From contig CAVXRD010000002.1 in NCBI GenBank assembly GCA_963764165.1, forward strand, positions 608,001 through 672,000: a DNA stretch of 64,000 nt. The letters run 5' to 3'. This DNA is from an uncultured Verrucomicrobiae bacterium. GTDB lineage: Bacteria; Verrucomicrobiota; Verrucomicrobiia; Limisphaerales; Palsa-1400. This document shows, piece after piece, positions 18,228-27,859 of the stretch. Position 1 is the first letter of the stretch; the number at the start of each line of letters is the position of its first letter. The notes below the pieces were generated by a model. It had not been told where the DNA came from. It ran no database searches and saw only the letters and a list, made by a program, of their open reading frames with translations. Position numbers and translations under genes: made by a program.

Positions 18228-20585
18228 TCACCCTGCGAGGGTTTTGTGAATGGCCGCCAGCAATTTGTGCGGCGTATAGGGTTTTTGCAAAACAACAAAC
18301 GATTCTTCGCGCGCGAGCGCTTCCACTCGCTCCTTGTCCAAGGCGCCTGTGGCCGCGAGGAGCTTGATTTTCGGGTTGAGTTTTCGGAGCGTGCGAATGG
18401 TGGGCTCTCCGTCCATGAACGGCATGGTCATGTCCGTCATGACCATCGCCACTTCGTCTTTGTGCGCGGCATACAATCGGACCGCCTCGGCCCCATCGCC
18501 GGCCAGCAGCACTTCATATCCATTGGCTTCGAGCGTTGCCTTGAGAACTTCGCGAATGGATGCCTCGTCCTCAGCGACGAGCAGCCATTCGCCGCTTCCA
18601 GGCGGTGGAGCGGCAGCGGGACCTTCTTTCACGGATGCCCCTGCGGAATCCGCGGGGAAATAAATCGAAAACGTCGTGCCCTCGCCCTCCACGGTTTCCA
18701 CGCCCAGGAAGCCCGCATGTGTGTCAACAATTGTTTTAACCGTGGAAAGCCCCAGGCCAGTGCCCTTGCCTTTGTCCTTGGTGGTGAAAAAGGGATCGAA
18801 CAGCTTCTTCTGCACTTCAGGGCTCATCCCGGTCCCGGTATCCGAAACCGTGACGCAAACAAAGCGCCCCGATTTTTGCGCCAGCGAGAATCGCGGATCG
18901 CTTTCGTCGATGTCCAGATTCGCCGCCGCAATTCTCAAAGTTCCGCCGCGTGGCATCGCGTCGCGCGCGTTGATGCAGAGATTCATGAACACTTGATACA
19001 ATTGCGTTGCGTCCCCGTTGACCGGCCATAATTGCGTGGGAACGTCCGTTTCCAGGCGAATCTGCCGCGGGAATGTTTCGCGCATCATGCTTTGCAATTC
19101 AGACAAGAGGTGCTGCAACTGGATCGGGCCGGCGCCGCCCTCCAGCCCGCGGGCGAAGGTCAAAATCTGCTTGACCATCTCCGAGCCGCGGCGGGCGCTG
19201 CCGCGCAGCAAACCGAGCATATGGCCGCGGTCCGGGTCCGTCGTGTCGTCGGCAAGAAGCTCCGACGCCATGAGAATCGGCGTGAAAACATTGTTGAGAT
19301 CGTGAGCGATGCCGCTGGCCAGGATGCCAATGCTCTCCAGCCGCTGGGCGCGCAGAAATTTTTGCTCGAGAATTTTGCGCTCGGTCAAATCCGTGTTCGC
19401 GACCAAAAACCCGTAAGGCCGCCCTGAGCGGTCACTCAAAAGACGCCACCGGCTTTGCACCGTGAGGCGTTTGCCGGTTTTCGTGAAAAGCGCCACCTCG
19501 GCCTCCCAATAGCCCGTTTTTAGCGTCACCGCGGATGCTTCGGGCACATGCATTTCCTGGCCCTGAAGGAGAAGCTCCTTGACGGATTTTCCAATCGCTT
19601 CCTCGGCGGACCATCCGTAAAGCCGCTCGGCCGACCCGTTCCAAAACAGGACGCGGTTTTCCAAGTCGCGAAGCATGATCGCGTCGTGCGTTTCGTCCAG
19701 CAAGGCCGCCTGCTCGCGCATTTTTTCCTCGACTGTGCGTTTTTCCGTCACGTCTTGAATCAAGCCAAGCATGCGAACGCATTTGCCGCGCGCGTCGTGC
19801 AGGCAGAAGCCGCGGTCGTGAAGCCACGCATGGGCCTCGGCGCCGCCGCCGAATCGATACGTCATGTCAAACGCCGCGCCGGCGGCGGCCGCTTTTTCGA
19901 GGCGGGCGGCGACCCGCGCGCAATCATCTGGATGAACCGCCGAAAGCCAGCTCCCATCCGCGCGGTTGAACATGCTGGCAGCGCGTCCGAGGACCCGGTC
20001 GGAGCCGTCGCTCCACACTGTCCCGCCGCTGGCAAGGTCCACGTCATAAACGGCCAGACCCGACGAGGCCACGATCATGTCGTAGCGTTTCTTCCAGGAG
20101 GAAGCCGCCTGCTCCGCCGCGGTCAGCGACTCATTGGCTTTTTCCAATTCGGCGGTCCTGCGCCGGACGCGGTTTTCCAGGTCGCTGTTGGCTTCGCGAA
20201 GCTGCTGCTTGAGCTGGTGGTTCTTGATGGCCATCTCAATGGAAACTTGCAGCTCGCGCTCGCGATATGGCTTGAGGATAAAGCCCGCCGCCTCGGTGTC
20301 GCGCAAGCGGGCCACGGTTTCGTTATCGGCGTTGGCAGTCAAATAAATGACAGGAATGTCCGATTGCCGGCGAATGCGCTGGGCAGCCTCAATGCCGTCG
20401 ACGCTGCCGTGAAGCATGATGTCCATGAGAACCAGGTCCGGCTCCAGGGCTCCGGAGCGCTCGACCGCCTCTTCGCCGCTGGTGGCGACGGGGGGGACGT
20501 CGTAACCCATGTTGGAAAGCCGGCGGCGCAAATCCAACGCGGCGAGAGTCTCGTCTTCCGTGATTAAAATTTTCAGCGGTGTCAC
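18228..20585 (-). CDS. Hybrid sensor histidine kinase (REC-PAS-PAS-HisKA-HATPase-REC)
   Basis: N-terminal receiver (ITEDE, VLMDIML, KPY), two PAS/PAC regions, H-box SGIAHDLNN, N-box NLCINARDAM, DTGTGM, FFTTK…GTGLGL and a C-terminal receiver. Confidence 0.94.
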   Translation of the reverse strand: MTPLKILITEDETLAALDLRRRLSNMGYDVPPVATSGEEAVERSGALEPDLVLMDIMLHGSVDGIEAAQRIRRQSDIPVIYLTANADNETVARLRDTEAAGFILKPYRERELQVSIEMAIKNHQLKQQLREANSDLENRVRRRTAELEKANESLTAAEQAASSWKKRYDMIVASSGLAVYDVDLASGGTVWSDGSDRVLGRAASMFNRADGSWLSAVHPDDCARVAARLEKAAAAGAAFDMTYRFGGGAEAHAWLHDRGFCLHDARGKCVRMLGLIQDVTEKRTVEEKMREQAALLDETHDAIMLRDLENRVLFWNGSAERLYGWSAEEAIGKSVKELLLQGQEMHVPEASAVTLKTGYWEAEVALFTKTGKRLTVQSRWRLLSDRSGRPYGFLVANTDLTERKILEQKFLRAQRLESIGILASGIAHDLNNVFTPILMASELLADDTTDPDRGHMLGLLRGSARRGSEMVKQILTFARGLEGGAGPIQLQHLLSELQSMMRETFPRQIRLETDVPTQLWPVNGDATQLYQVFMNLCINARDAMPRGGTLRIAAANLDIDESDPRFSLAQKSGRFVCVTVSDTGTGMSPEVQKKLFDPFFTTKDKGKGTGLGLSTVKTIVDTHAGFLGVETVEGEGTTFSIYFPADSAGASVKEGPAAAPPPGSGEWLLVAEDEASIREVLKATLEANGYEVLLAGDGAEAVRLYAAHKDEVAMVMTDMTMPFMDGEPTIRTLRKLNPKIKLLAATGALDKERVEALAREESFVVLQKPYTPHKLLAAIHKTLAG

Positions 20586-20741
20586 TTGGCGGCTAAAGTT
20601 GCGTCAATGATTGGCGGACAAGCGTGAAGCCCGGTTTCCTTTCGATATAAGAAAGCTTCACAAAATTTCCCCCTTCGTCAAGGCCGCATTCGGTTCCGGA
20701 TGCGATTGCGACTGGCCTTTCAGGGCTTCCGTTTCCGGCAT

Positions 20742-20778
20742 GTCGCGAAAACCAAGGGTGCAATAGCGCGCAATGCCC
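20742..20778 (+). repeat. Dispersed repeat GTCGC(A/G)AAAACCAAGGGTGCAATAG, copy 2
   Basis: See 14563-14609. Confidence 0.75.
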
Positions 20779-20845
20779 AGCCCCGAACCAGAGACTTGTT
20801 AACCCGCCTCCCACCGTTTGAACGGGATCATTTCAGATTCCGTCG

Positions 20846-21156
20846 TTAAATAACATTTATCGTCTTAACCCCAAAGAAACGCCCGCCGGCGAGAAGGTGG
20901 GTGTCGTTTGAATATAAATCTGTGAATCCCGCCTCCGCGGCGCAAGCTAGATGCAACGCATCGGCTGAACGCAGTGGGATTGTTGCGGGCAATTTATCGT
21001 AACACTCGCCAATACGGGATGGCTGGGGGAGGCGTTTCCGGAACCATTTTTGCGACGGTTCGCCCGTTGTCAGTGACCAACACCTGGCCTTGCTCAGCCG
21101 CGTGGCGAACCCATTTTCCGGTGGGCGTGCAACTCCCGAATGGAAATCGTCTTCAT
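20846..21156 (-). pseudogene. Collapsed Phd/YefM antitoxin - VapC (PIN) toxin operon
   Basis: MKTISIRELHA (ATG 21156), frameshift, then TGKWVRHAAEQGQVLVTDNGRTVAKMVPE is a Phd/YefM fold. In a third frame from ~21015, RIGECYDKLPATIPLRSADALHLACAAEAGFTDLYSNDTHL…VI* is a PIN C-terminus. Confidence 0.8.
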
Positions 21157-21346
21157 GTATCACAGTGTGTCACGGCAAGGACGACAGGTCAAGGGCGCTG
21201 CTTTGCAGTCAAAGCCAGGGAGGCCTCAACGAGGCGTCTCCTCAAAAAAATTGTTAAAGAAAATCTCTTGACGGCTTCGCGGAATAATGCAATGTCACAC
21301 GCATGTGCGGAGCGGTTCGCCACGAATCAGTTCCGCCGTGTGTTCG

Positions 21347-22849
21347 ATGAGAATTGCACCGCGTTTGATGCGCGGCACTTTTAGCCTGGCTGTTTTTGTC
21401 TTCTTGCTCGCTAGCAGGCCCACTCCCGGTTTTTGCGAGGACCACCTCAAAGCAATCCTATCACGCTCGGAATTGCGCTGGGGCGCTGACGCCGAGGGCG
21501 GCGCGCCGTATGTCTACCCCGATCCGCAGAAGCCGGAGCAAATGACCGGCTTCGAGTTTGATCTTGCTGATGCGCTTGCGTCGAAATTGGGCGTCAAGTC
21601 GAAAATGGTGCAGAACCAATGGGACCAGCTTCTCCCGGCGCTGGATCGGGGGAATTTCGACATCGTCCTTAACGGCCTGGAAATTACGGCGGACAACCAG
21701 CAGCACGCGGCGATGTCGCGCCCGTATTACGTTTACACACAGCAAATCGTCACCCGCGCCGGCGCATCCGGCCCCACCAATCTTGACGGGCTGACGGGCA
21801 AGACGGTCGGCGTGCTTGCGTCTTCCGCCGCCGAACGGCTGTTGCAAAAACACGGCGGCATTACGGTCAAGACGTATCCCGGCAACGTGGAAAGCTTTCT
21901 TGATCTCAAGGCAAAACGAATTGATATCGCCGTGCTGGATCTTCCCATCGCGCTTTACTATGCGAAGCCGGATCCTGAATTGAAGCTTTCCGGCCCATCC
22001 TTCGCTCCGGGTTATTACGGAATCGGTGTGCGCAAGGAGGACAAAACATTGCTCGCCGCCATCAATCAGTGCCTGGAGCAGCTTATTCGCGACGGGACAC
22101 TGCAGCGGATTTATCAGCGGCACGGCTTGTGGGATGAGCGGCAACTGGCATTGGCTGATTACAAGACCGAAGCCGTGGCACAGCGGAAGTCCATTTCCGC
22201 GCTCCGCGAATGGCCCAAGTATCTGCCGCTACTGCTGCGCGGGGCGGTCACGACGGTGGAGCTTTCCGTGGTCGCGATGGCGTTGGCAGTTGTTACCGGA
22301 TTGGTTGTGGTGCTTTGCCGGTTGTATGGCTCAACGATTGTTCGCTGGCTGGCGCATGCTTACGTGGAAATCATGCGCGGGACGCCGCTCTTGATTCAGC
22401 TTTTTCTTATTTACTACGGACTCCCGCAAATCGGCATCCGGCTCAATGCCTTCGTCGCGGGAATTCTTGGGCTTGGATTGAATTACGCCGCCAACGAGGC
22501 GGAGAATTACCGCGCCGGCATTCAAGCCATTCCCAAAGGCCAGACCGAGGCGGCGCTGGCGCTCGGGATGACTCGCGCGCAGATTTTGCGAAAAATTGTT
22601 TTGCCGCAGGCCGTGCGCCTCGTGATTCCGCCGGTGACGAACGACTTCATTTCGATGTTCAAGGATTCGTCCATTGTGTCTGTGATCACGATGGTGGAAT
22701 TGACCAAGGTTTACGGCGAATTGGCCACCGCCACGTATGATTACATCGGCCTCGGTTTGATGACAGCGGCGATTTACCTCGGATTGAGCTATCCCGCGTC
22801 CATTTTCGCCCATTGGTTGGAAAGGAGGTTAAGCCATGATCATCGTTGA
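21347..22849 (+). CDS. Polar amino-acid ABC transporter, fused substrate-binding + permease protein
   Basis: SBP family 3 region (GADAEGGAPY, GFEFDLA, WDQLLPALDRG) followed by permease motifs RGTPLLIQL, AENYRAGIQAIPKGQTEAA and FKDSS. Confidence 0.92.
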   Translation: MRIAPRLMRGTFSLAVFVFLLASRPTPGFCEDHLKAILSRSELRWGADAEGGAPYVYPDPQKPEQMTGFEFDLADALASKLGVKSKMVQNQWDQLLPALDRGNFDIVLNGLEITADNQQHAAMSRPYYVYTQQIVTRAGASGPTNLDGLTGKTVGVLASSAAERLLQKHGGITVKTYPGNVESFLDLKAKRIDIAVLDLPIALYYAKPDPELKLSGPSFAPGYYGIGVRKEDKTLLAAINQCLEQLIRDGTLQRIYQRHGLWDERQLALADYKTEAVAQRKSISALREWPKYLPLLLRGAVTTVELSVVAMALAVVTGLVVVLCRLYGSTIVRWLAHAYVEIMRGTPLLIQLFLIYYGLPQIGIRLNAFVAGILGLGLNYAANEAENYRAGIQAIPKGQTEAALALGMTRAQILRKIVLPQAVRLVIPPVTNDFISMFKDSSIVSVITMVELTKVYGELATATYDYIGLGLMTAAIYLGLSYPASIFAHWLERRLSHDHR

Positions 22850-23588
22850 GAAGCTGGTGAAGTCCTATCACACGAACCGTGTCCTGCACGGCATAGACCA
22901 TGCGCAAAAACGCGGCGAGGCGGTCGTCTTGATTGGGCCGAGCGGCTGTGGAAAAAGCACTTTCCTGCGATGCCTCAATCAGCTTGAAGCTGCGGACGCG
23001 GGGCGCATCACGATTGGCGATCTCAGCGTGAATGTGGGCGGCGCTCCGCGAAATTCCATCGAACGCGAACAGCAGCGCATGCTCAGGCTTCGCGCCGGAA
23101 TGGTCTTTCAGTCGTTCAATTTGTTCCCGCATTTGACCGCGCTGCAAAACATCACGGTCGGGCCAATAACAGTCAAGAAGATTTCAGGCGCCGAAGCCAA
23201 AGCCGCCGCCATGACGCTTCTGGAAAAGGTTGGATTGGAGAACAAAGCCGGAGCTTATCCCGCGCAACTTTCAGGCGGCCAGCAGCAGCGCGTCGCCATT
23301 GCCCGCGCGCTGGCGATGCAGCCGGAAGTCATGCTGTTCGACGAGCCGACCAGCGCGCTTGATCCCGAACTGAAAGACGAAGTGCTCCGCGTCATGCGCC
23401 AGCTTGCCGAGGAAGGAATGACAATGATCGTCGTCACGCACGAAATGCAATTCGCGCGCGACATGGCGGACAATGTCCTTTTCTTCGAAGGAGGCCGCGT
23501 TGTTGAGTCCGGACCGCCCGAGCAGATATTCGAGGCGCCTCTGCAAGATCGCACGCGTGATTTTGTCCGCGCGGCAGGGCCGAGATGA
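22836..23588 (+). CDS. Polar amino-acid ABC transporter ATPase (GlnQ-like)
   Basis: GPSGCGKST, MVFQSFNLFPH, LSGGQQQRVAIARAL, FDEPTSALDPEL and VTHEM. Confidence 0.94.
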   Translation: MIIVEKLVKSYHTNRVLHGIDHAQKRGEAVVLIGPSGCGKSTFLRCLNQLEAADAGRITIGDLSVNVGGAPRNSIEREQQRMLRLRAGMVFQSFNLFPHLTALQNITVGPITVKKISGAEAKAAAMTLLEKVGLENKAGAYPAQLSGGQQQRVAIARALAMQPEVMLFDEPTSALDPELKDEVLRVMRQLAEEGMTMIVVTHEMQFARDMADNVLFFEGGRVVESGPPEQIFEAPLQDRTRDFVRAAGPR

Positions 23589-23634
23589 CGCAGCCGGCAA
23601 AGTTTGATCATCGTTCCCTTCGCCGACCACCAAC

Positions 23635-23670
23635 AAAAAGCCCGGACACCCACTGAGGCGTCCGGGCTTC
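23635..23670 (-). terminator. Rho-independent terminator between the convergent ABC and pilC operons
   Basis: Stem AAGCCCGGAC/GTCCGGGCTT with an A5 run on its left. Confidence 0.7.
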
Positions 23671-23685
23671 TGCAAAAGACTCTGC

Positions 23686-25002
23686 TTACTTGCCGCCTTC
23701 TTTTTGATTGTCGTCGCCGATGGAACCCATTAGGTCGATCAAAGGCAGGAACATCGCGATGACGATGCTGCCGACAATCACGGCCAGGAAAACGATCATG
23801 ATCGGCTCCAGCAACGAAGTCATGGCCGCCACGGCGTTATCCACTTCTTCTTCGTAGTTGTCCGCGATCTTCATCAACATCTCAGGCAGCGCGCCGGTTT
23901 GCTCGCCGACGTCCACCATGCTGATGACCATGGGCGGAAACACGCCCGAGGCTTCGAGGGGCGCGGTAATGGTTTCGCCTTCTTTGACGCTTTCGTGAAT
24001 CATCGCGACAGCGTTTCCAACAATGACGTTGCCGGAAGTTTCCTTCACGATGGTCAGCGCCTGCAAAATTGGCACGCCGCTGCTGACCAGAGTGCCAAGC
24101 GTTCGGGTGAACCGCGCGATGGCGACTTTGGATACCACCGGGCCGAGCACCGGCACAACCAGCTTGAATTTATCAAACACCTTTCGTCCAAATTTCGTGC
24201 GGATGAAAATATTAAAAACGATGACCACCGCGAGAACTTCAAGCATCGTTCGGACGATGTGATCCTTAATGGCTTCCGAAATATCCAGCACGAATGAAGT
24301 AAAGCCAGGGAGCGGACGTCCGTTGCCGAGCGCGCCGGCGAAGATTTCCTTGAATTTCGGAATAACCAGCACCATCAGCACGCCCATGATCGCTGTCGCA
24401 ACCACCATGACCGCGCAGGGATAAAACATGGCCGCGATGACCTTGCCCTTGATTTTCTGGGCTTTTTCCATGAATTCAGACAAACGCTTGAGCACGACTT
24501 CGAGCACACCGCCGATTTCACCGGCTTTCACCATGTTGACGAACAGGCGGTTGAATGTGCGGGGATGCTGGGCCAGCGCTTCGGAGAATGTGCTGCCGCC
24601 TTCAATCGAGACGGCGAGTTCTCCAATGATTTCCTTCAAAGTGACGTTGCGCTCCTGTTTGGCCAGCACGCGCAAACCGCGCAACAGCGGCAGGCCGGCT
24701 TGCACCAGCGTGGCCAATTGCCGCGTGAAAGTGGTCAGCGTCTTCGATTTGACGCGCCCGTGGAAGCCCGGGATCTTGATCTGAAAATTCATGCCACCGC
24801 CGCCGCCCTTTTTGCCCTTCTTGCCGGCGGCTTTCTTGGACGCCGCAGGGCCGGCCGGCCCGCCCTTGTCCTCCACGACTTTGGTCGGGAAGAAGCCCAT
24901 CTCCTTGATGCGGCCTATGGCTTCGTTTTGGTTGGCGACTTCGAGGGTGCCCTTGGTTTCCTTGCCCCGCGAGTCCATCGCGACATAGTTGTATTTTGGC
25001 AT
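23686..25002 (-). CDS. pilC: Type IV pilus/T2SS platform protein (PilC/GspF family)
   Basis: FTRQLATLVQAGLPL, NMVKAGEIGGVL, ARFTRTLGTLVSSGVPIL, VGEQTGALPEML and SLLEPIMIV. Confidence 0.93.
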   Translation of the reverse strand: MPKYNYVAMDSRGKETKGTLEVANQNEAIGRIKEMGFFPTKVVEDKGGPAGPAASKKAAGKKGKKGGGGGMNFQIKIPGFHGRVKSKTLTTFTRQLATLVQAGLPLLRGLRVLAKQERNVTLKEIIGELAVSIEGGSTFSEALAQHPRTFNRLFVNMVKAGEIGGVLEVVLKRLSEFMEKAQKIKGKVIAAMFYPCAVMVVATAIMGVLMVLVIPKFKEIFAGALGNGRPLPGFTSFVLDISEAIKDHIVRTMLEVLAVVIVFNIFIRTKFGRKVFDKFKLVVPVLGPVVSKVAIARFTRTLGTLVSSGVPILQALTIVKETSGNVIVGNAVAMIHESVKEGETITAPLEASGVFPPMVISMVDVGEQTGALPEMLMKIADNYEEEVDNAVAAMTSLLEPIMIVFLAVIVGSIVIAMFLPLIDLMGSIGDDNQKEGGK

Positions 25003-25007
25003 AAGAC

Positions 25008-26714
25008 TTATGTGTACTTGACTACTTCCTCAATTGTGGTGTCACCGTCGAAAATTCCCCGCAAGCCGTCTTCGCGCAGCGTGACCATGCCGAGCTCCAC
25101 GGCTTTCTGGCGCAGCACAACGGTCGGCGCGCGCTCAATGATGAGATGGCGAATCGCTTCGGATACCTCGAGCAATTCAAAAATTCCGCGGCGTCCGCGA
25201 TAGCCGGAATCGTTGCAGTTGGCGCAGCCGCGCCCGTAATAGAAGACCTTGTCGCCCACATCGTGCGGCGAAAGATTGAGCATCTGCAACTGGCTCTCGG
25301 TGGGCTCGAAGGGCGTGCGGCATTTCTTGCAAACCGTGCGCACAAGACGCTGCGCGAGCACACCCATCAGCGTGGAGGAAATCAGGAAGGGCTCAACGCC
25401 CATGTCGATCAAGCGCGTGACGGCGCCGGGCGCGTCGTTGGTGTGCAGCGTGCTCAGCACCAAGTGGCCGGTCAGCGAGGCTTGAATCGCAATCTGCGAC
25501 GTCTCCAAATCGCGCATTTCCCCCAGCATGATGATGTCCGGGTCTTGACGGAGGAAGGAGCGCAAGGCCTTGCCGAAGGTCATGCCGACCGATTCATTGA
25601 CGGCGACCTGCATGATGCCTTCAATGTCGTATTCGACGGGGTCTTCCACCGTGAGCAGCTTGGCGTCAATCGAATTGATGGAACGCAGGCAAGAATAAAG
25701 CGTCGTTGTTTTTCCGGATCCGGTGGGGCCGGTCACGACGAAAATTCCGTTTGGCTGCTGGATCGCTTCCATGACGTAATCGTTAATCGCCTTGGGCAAT
25801 CCGAGCGTCTTGATATCGAGATTGACCGCCGAGCGATCGAGCACGCGCAACACGACCGATTCACCGAATTGCGTCGGCAAAGTGGACACGCGGAGATCAA
25901 TGCCGCGCCCCGCAATCTGCATCGAAATGCGACCGTCCTGCGGCAGGCGCCGCTCGGAAATGTCCAGGTTGGCCATGACTTTCAGGCGCGAAATCACTGG
26001 AAGCGCGAGGTGCTTCGGCGGGGGCGACATTTCATACAGAGCGCCGTCCACGCGGTAGCGGATTTTGAATTCGTCTTCAAACGGCTCAAAGTGAATGTCG
26101 CTCGCTCGATCTTGCACGGCTTGGAACAACACCAGGTTCACGAAACGAATGATCGGAGTTTCGTTGGCCAGTGTCTGCAGGTCGGCAGTCGAGCCTCCAG
26201 CAGCGGCTTCGGCAGCTTCTTTCGCAATGTCGCCGTCCTGGCCTAATTCCTTAAGGATGTCGGCGACGTTCGACTGCGAATCGCCATAATATTTGCTGAC
26301 GGCTTTCTCGATGTCATTCGGATCCGCGACAACCGGGACGATTTCCTTGCGGATGACGTAGGCAAGTTCGTCAATGATGCTGGGATTCAGCGGATCGGCC
26401 AGCGCCAACTGAACCGTCGAATCGTAGACAGCAATCGGCATGCATTTGTACATGCGCGCCGCGTCAGCCGGAACGGACGAAAGAATTTCGGGAGTCAGTT
26501 CGCGGGTGTTGATGTCAACCACTTCGGTGCCCAGATGGCCCGCGATCAACTGCAACTGCGTGTCCATGTCGAGAAAGCCGAAGTCGGACAATATTTCCGA
26601 ATACGGCTTCCCGCTGCGATTATGCTCTTCTATGACTTCCTCGAGCTGGAGATCGTCAAGAAGTCCTTGCCCTCGGATGAGGTCTAAAAGCGGGCTTGGG
26701 GCTGCGGTGGCCAT
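25008..26714 (-). CDS. pilB: Type IV pilus assembly/T2SS ATPase (PilB/GspE family)
   Basis: [57 protein letters not shown] and two CxxC motifs. Confidence 0.92.
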   Translation of the reverse strand: MATAAPSPLLDLIRGQGLLDDLQLEEVIEEHNRSGKPYSEILSDFGFLDMDTQLQLIAGHLGTEVVDINTRELTPEILSSVPADAARMYKCMPIAVYDSTVQLALADPLNPSIIDELAYVIRKEIVPVVADPNDIEKAVSKYYGDSQSNVADILKELGQDGDIAKEAAEAAAGGSTADLQTLANETPIIRFVNLVLFQAVQDRASDIHFEPFEDEFKIRYRVDGALYEMSPPPKHLALPVISRLKVMANLDISERRLPQDGRISMQIAGRGIDLRVSTLPTQFGESVVLRVLDRSAVNLDIKTLGLPKAINDYVMEAIQQPNGIFVVTGPTGSGKTTTLYSCLRSINSIDAKLLTVEDPVEYDIEGIMQVAVNESVGMTFGKALRSFLRQDPDIIMLGEMRDLETSQIAIQASLTGHLVLSTLHTNDAPGAVTRLIDMGVEPFLISSTLMGVLAQRLVRTVCKKCRTPFEPTESQLQMLNLSPHDVGDKVFYYGRGCANCNDSGYRGRRGIFELLEVSEAIRHLIIERAPTVVLRQKAVELGMVTLREDGLRGIFDGDTTIEEVVKYT

Positions 26715-26717
26715 AAA

Positions 26718-27836
26718 TTATTCGCCGGGAGGCGGTTGGTTGGCAGCCGCTTCCGCCTGGGCGGCTTCGTATTCCGCCAGTTTCTGGATGACAGTGGTTG
26801 GGTCCTGCGCCTTGTTGACAACTTCTTCGCGCGCGATCAGGCCGGCGATATATTTTTCCATCAGGAATCCGTCAAGAGTCACCATCCCGTACTTGGCGCC
26901 GGTTTGAATGTCCGATTGAATACGGAACGTTTTGTTATCGCGAATGAGCGCGGCGACAGAGGGCGTGTTGATCATGATTTCGTAGACCGCGATGCGGCCT
27001 GGCTTGTCGATGCGAGGAATCAAAAGCTGCGAAATCACCGCTTGCAGCACCGTGGACAACTGAATGCGAATCGTTTCCTGCTGGTTGATGGGGAAGGCGT
27101 TGACGAGACGGTCAATGGTCTTGGCCGCGCCGGTGGTGTGAAGCGTGCCGAAGACCAAGTGGCCCGTTTCCGCCGCCGTGATGGCCGCCTCCATCGTTTC
27201 AAGGTCGCGCAACTCACCCACCAGGATGATATCCGGATCCTGCCGCAAGGCGCGGCGCAGGGCTTCCGCGAAACTTGGCACGTCAATATGAACTTCGCGC
27301 TGGGTGACGACCGCCTTCTTGTGCTTGTGGTAATATTCGATCGGATCCTCAATCGTAATGATATGCGCGTCGTCGCGCTCCTCGTTAATGATGTTGATCA
27401 TCGAGGAGAGCGTAGTCGTCTTCCCGGAACCGGTCGGGCCGGTCACCAACACCAGGCCGCGAGGCTTGTGCAGCAGCGTCATGATCGTGTGGCGCGGCAG
27501 GCCGATCTGCTCCAGTGTCAGCAGACGCGTCGGAATTTGGCGGAGGACGAGGCCGAAATTGCCCTTCTCCTTGAACACGCTCACACGGAAGCGCGCCGCT
27601 TCGCCGAACGCGAAGCCGAAATCCGCGCCGCCGTTCTCGCGGACGTTTTGAATGTGATCCTCGGAGGTAATGCTGCGCATCAGCTCCTCGGTGTCTTCCG
27701 CCTTCAAGGCCGGGCCATCCACGCGATGAAGGATGCCGTGGACCCGCATGGCTGGCGGAATGCCGACGCGAATATGAAGGTCCGACGATCCCTCGGACAC
27801 CACCAACTGCAACAAATCTGACATCGAATAGGACAT
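26718..27836 (-). CDS. pilT: Type IV pilus retraction ATPase PilT
   Basis: [55 protein letters not shown] and the ALIRDNKT (AIRNLIRE-like) motif. Confidence 0.93.
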   Translation of the reverse strand: MSYSMSDLLQLVVSEGSSDLHIRVGIPPAMRVHGILHRVDGPALKAEDTEELMRSITSEDHIQNVRENGGADFGFAFGEAARFRVSVFKEKGNFGLVLRQIPTRLLTLEQIGLPRHTIMTLLHKPRGLVLVTGPTGSGKTTTLSSMINIINEERDDAHIITIEDPIEYYHKHKKAVVTQREVHIDVPSFAEALRRALRQDPDIILVGELRDLETMEAAITAAETGHLVFGTLHTTGAAKTIDRLVNAFPINQQETIRIQLSTVLQAVISQLLIPRIDKPGRIAVYEIMINTPSVAALIRDNKTFRIQSDIQTGAKYGMVTLDGFLMEKYIAGLIAREEVVNKAQDPTTVIQKLAEYEAAQAEAAANQPPPGE

Positions 27837-27859
27837 ATTTGGGAAATCAGGCGGTTAAA

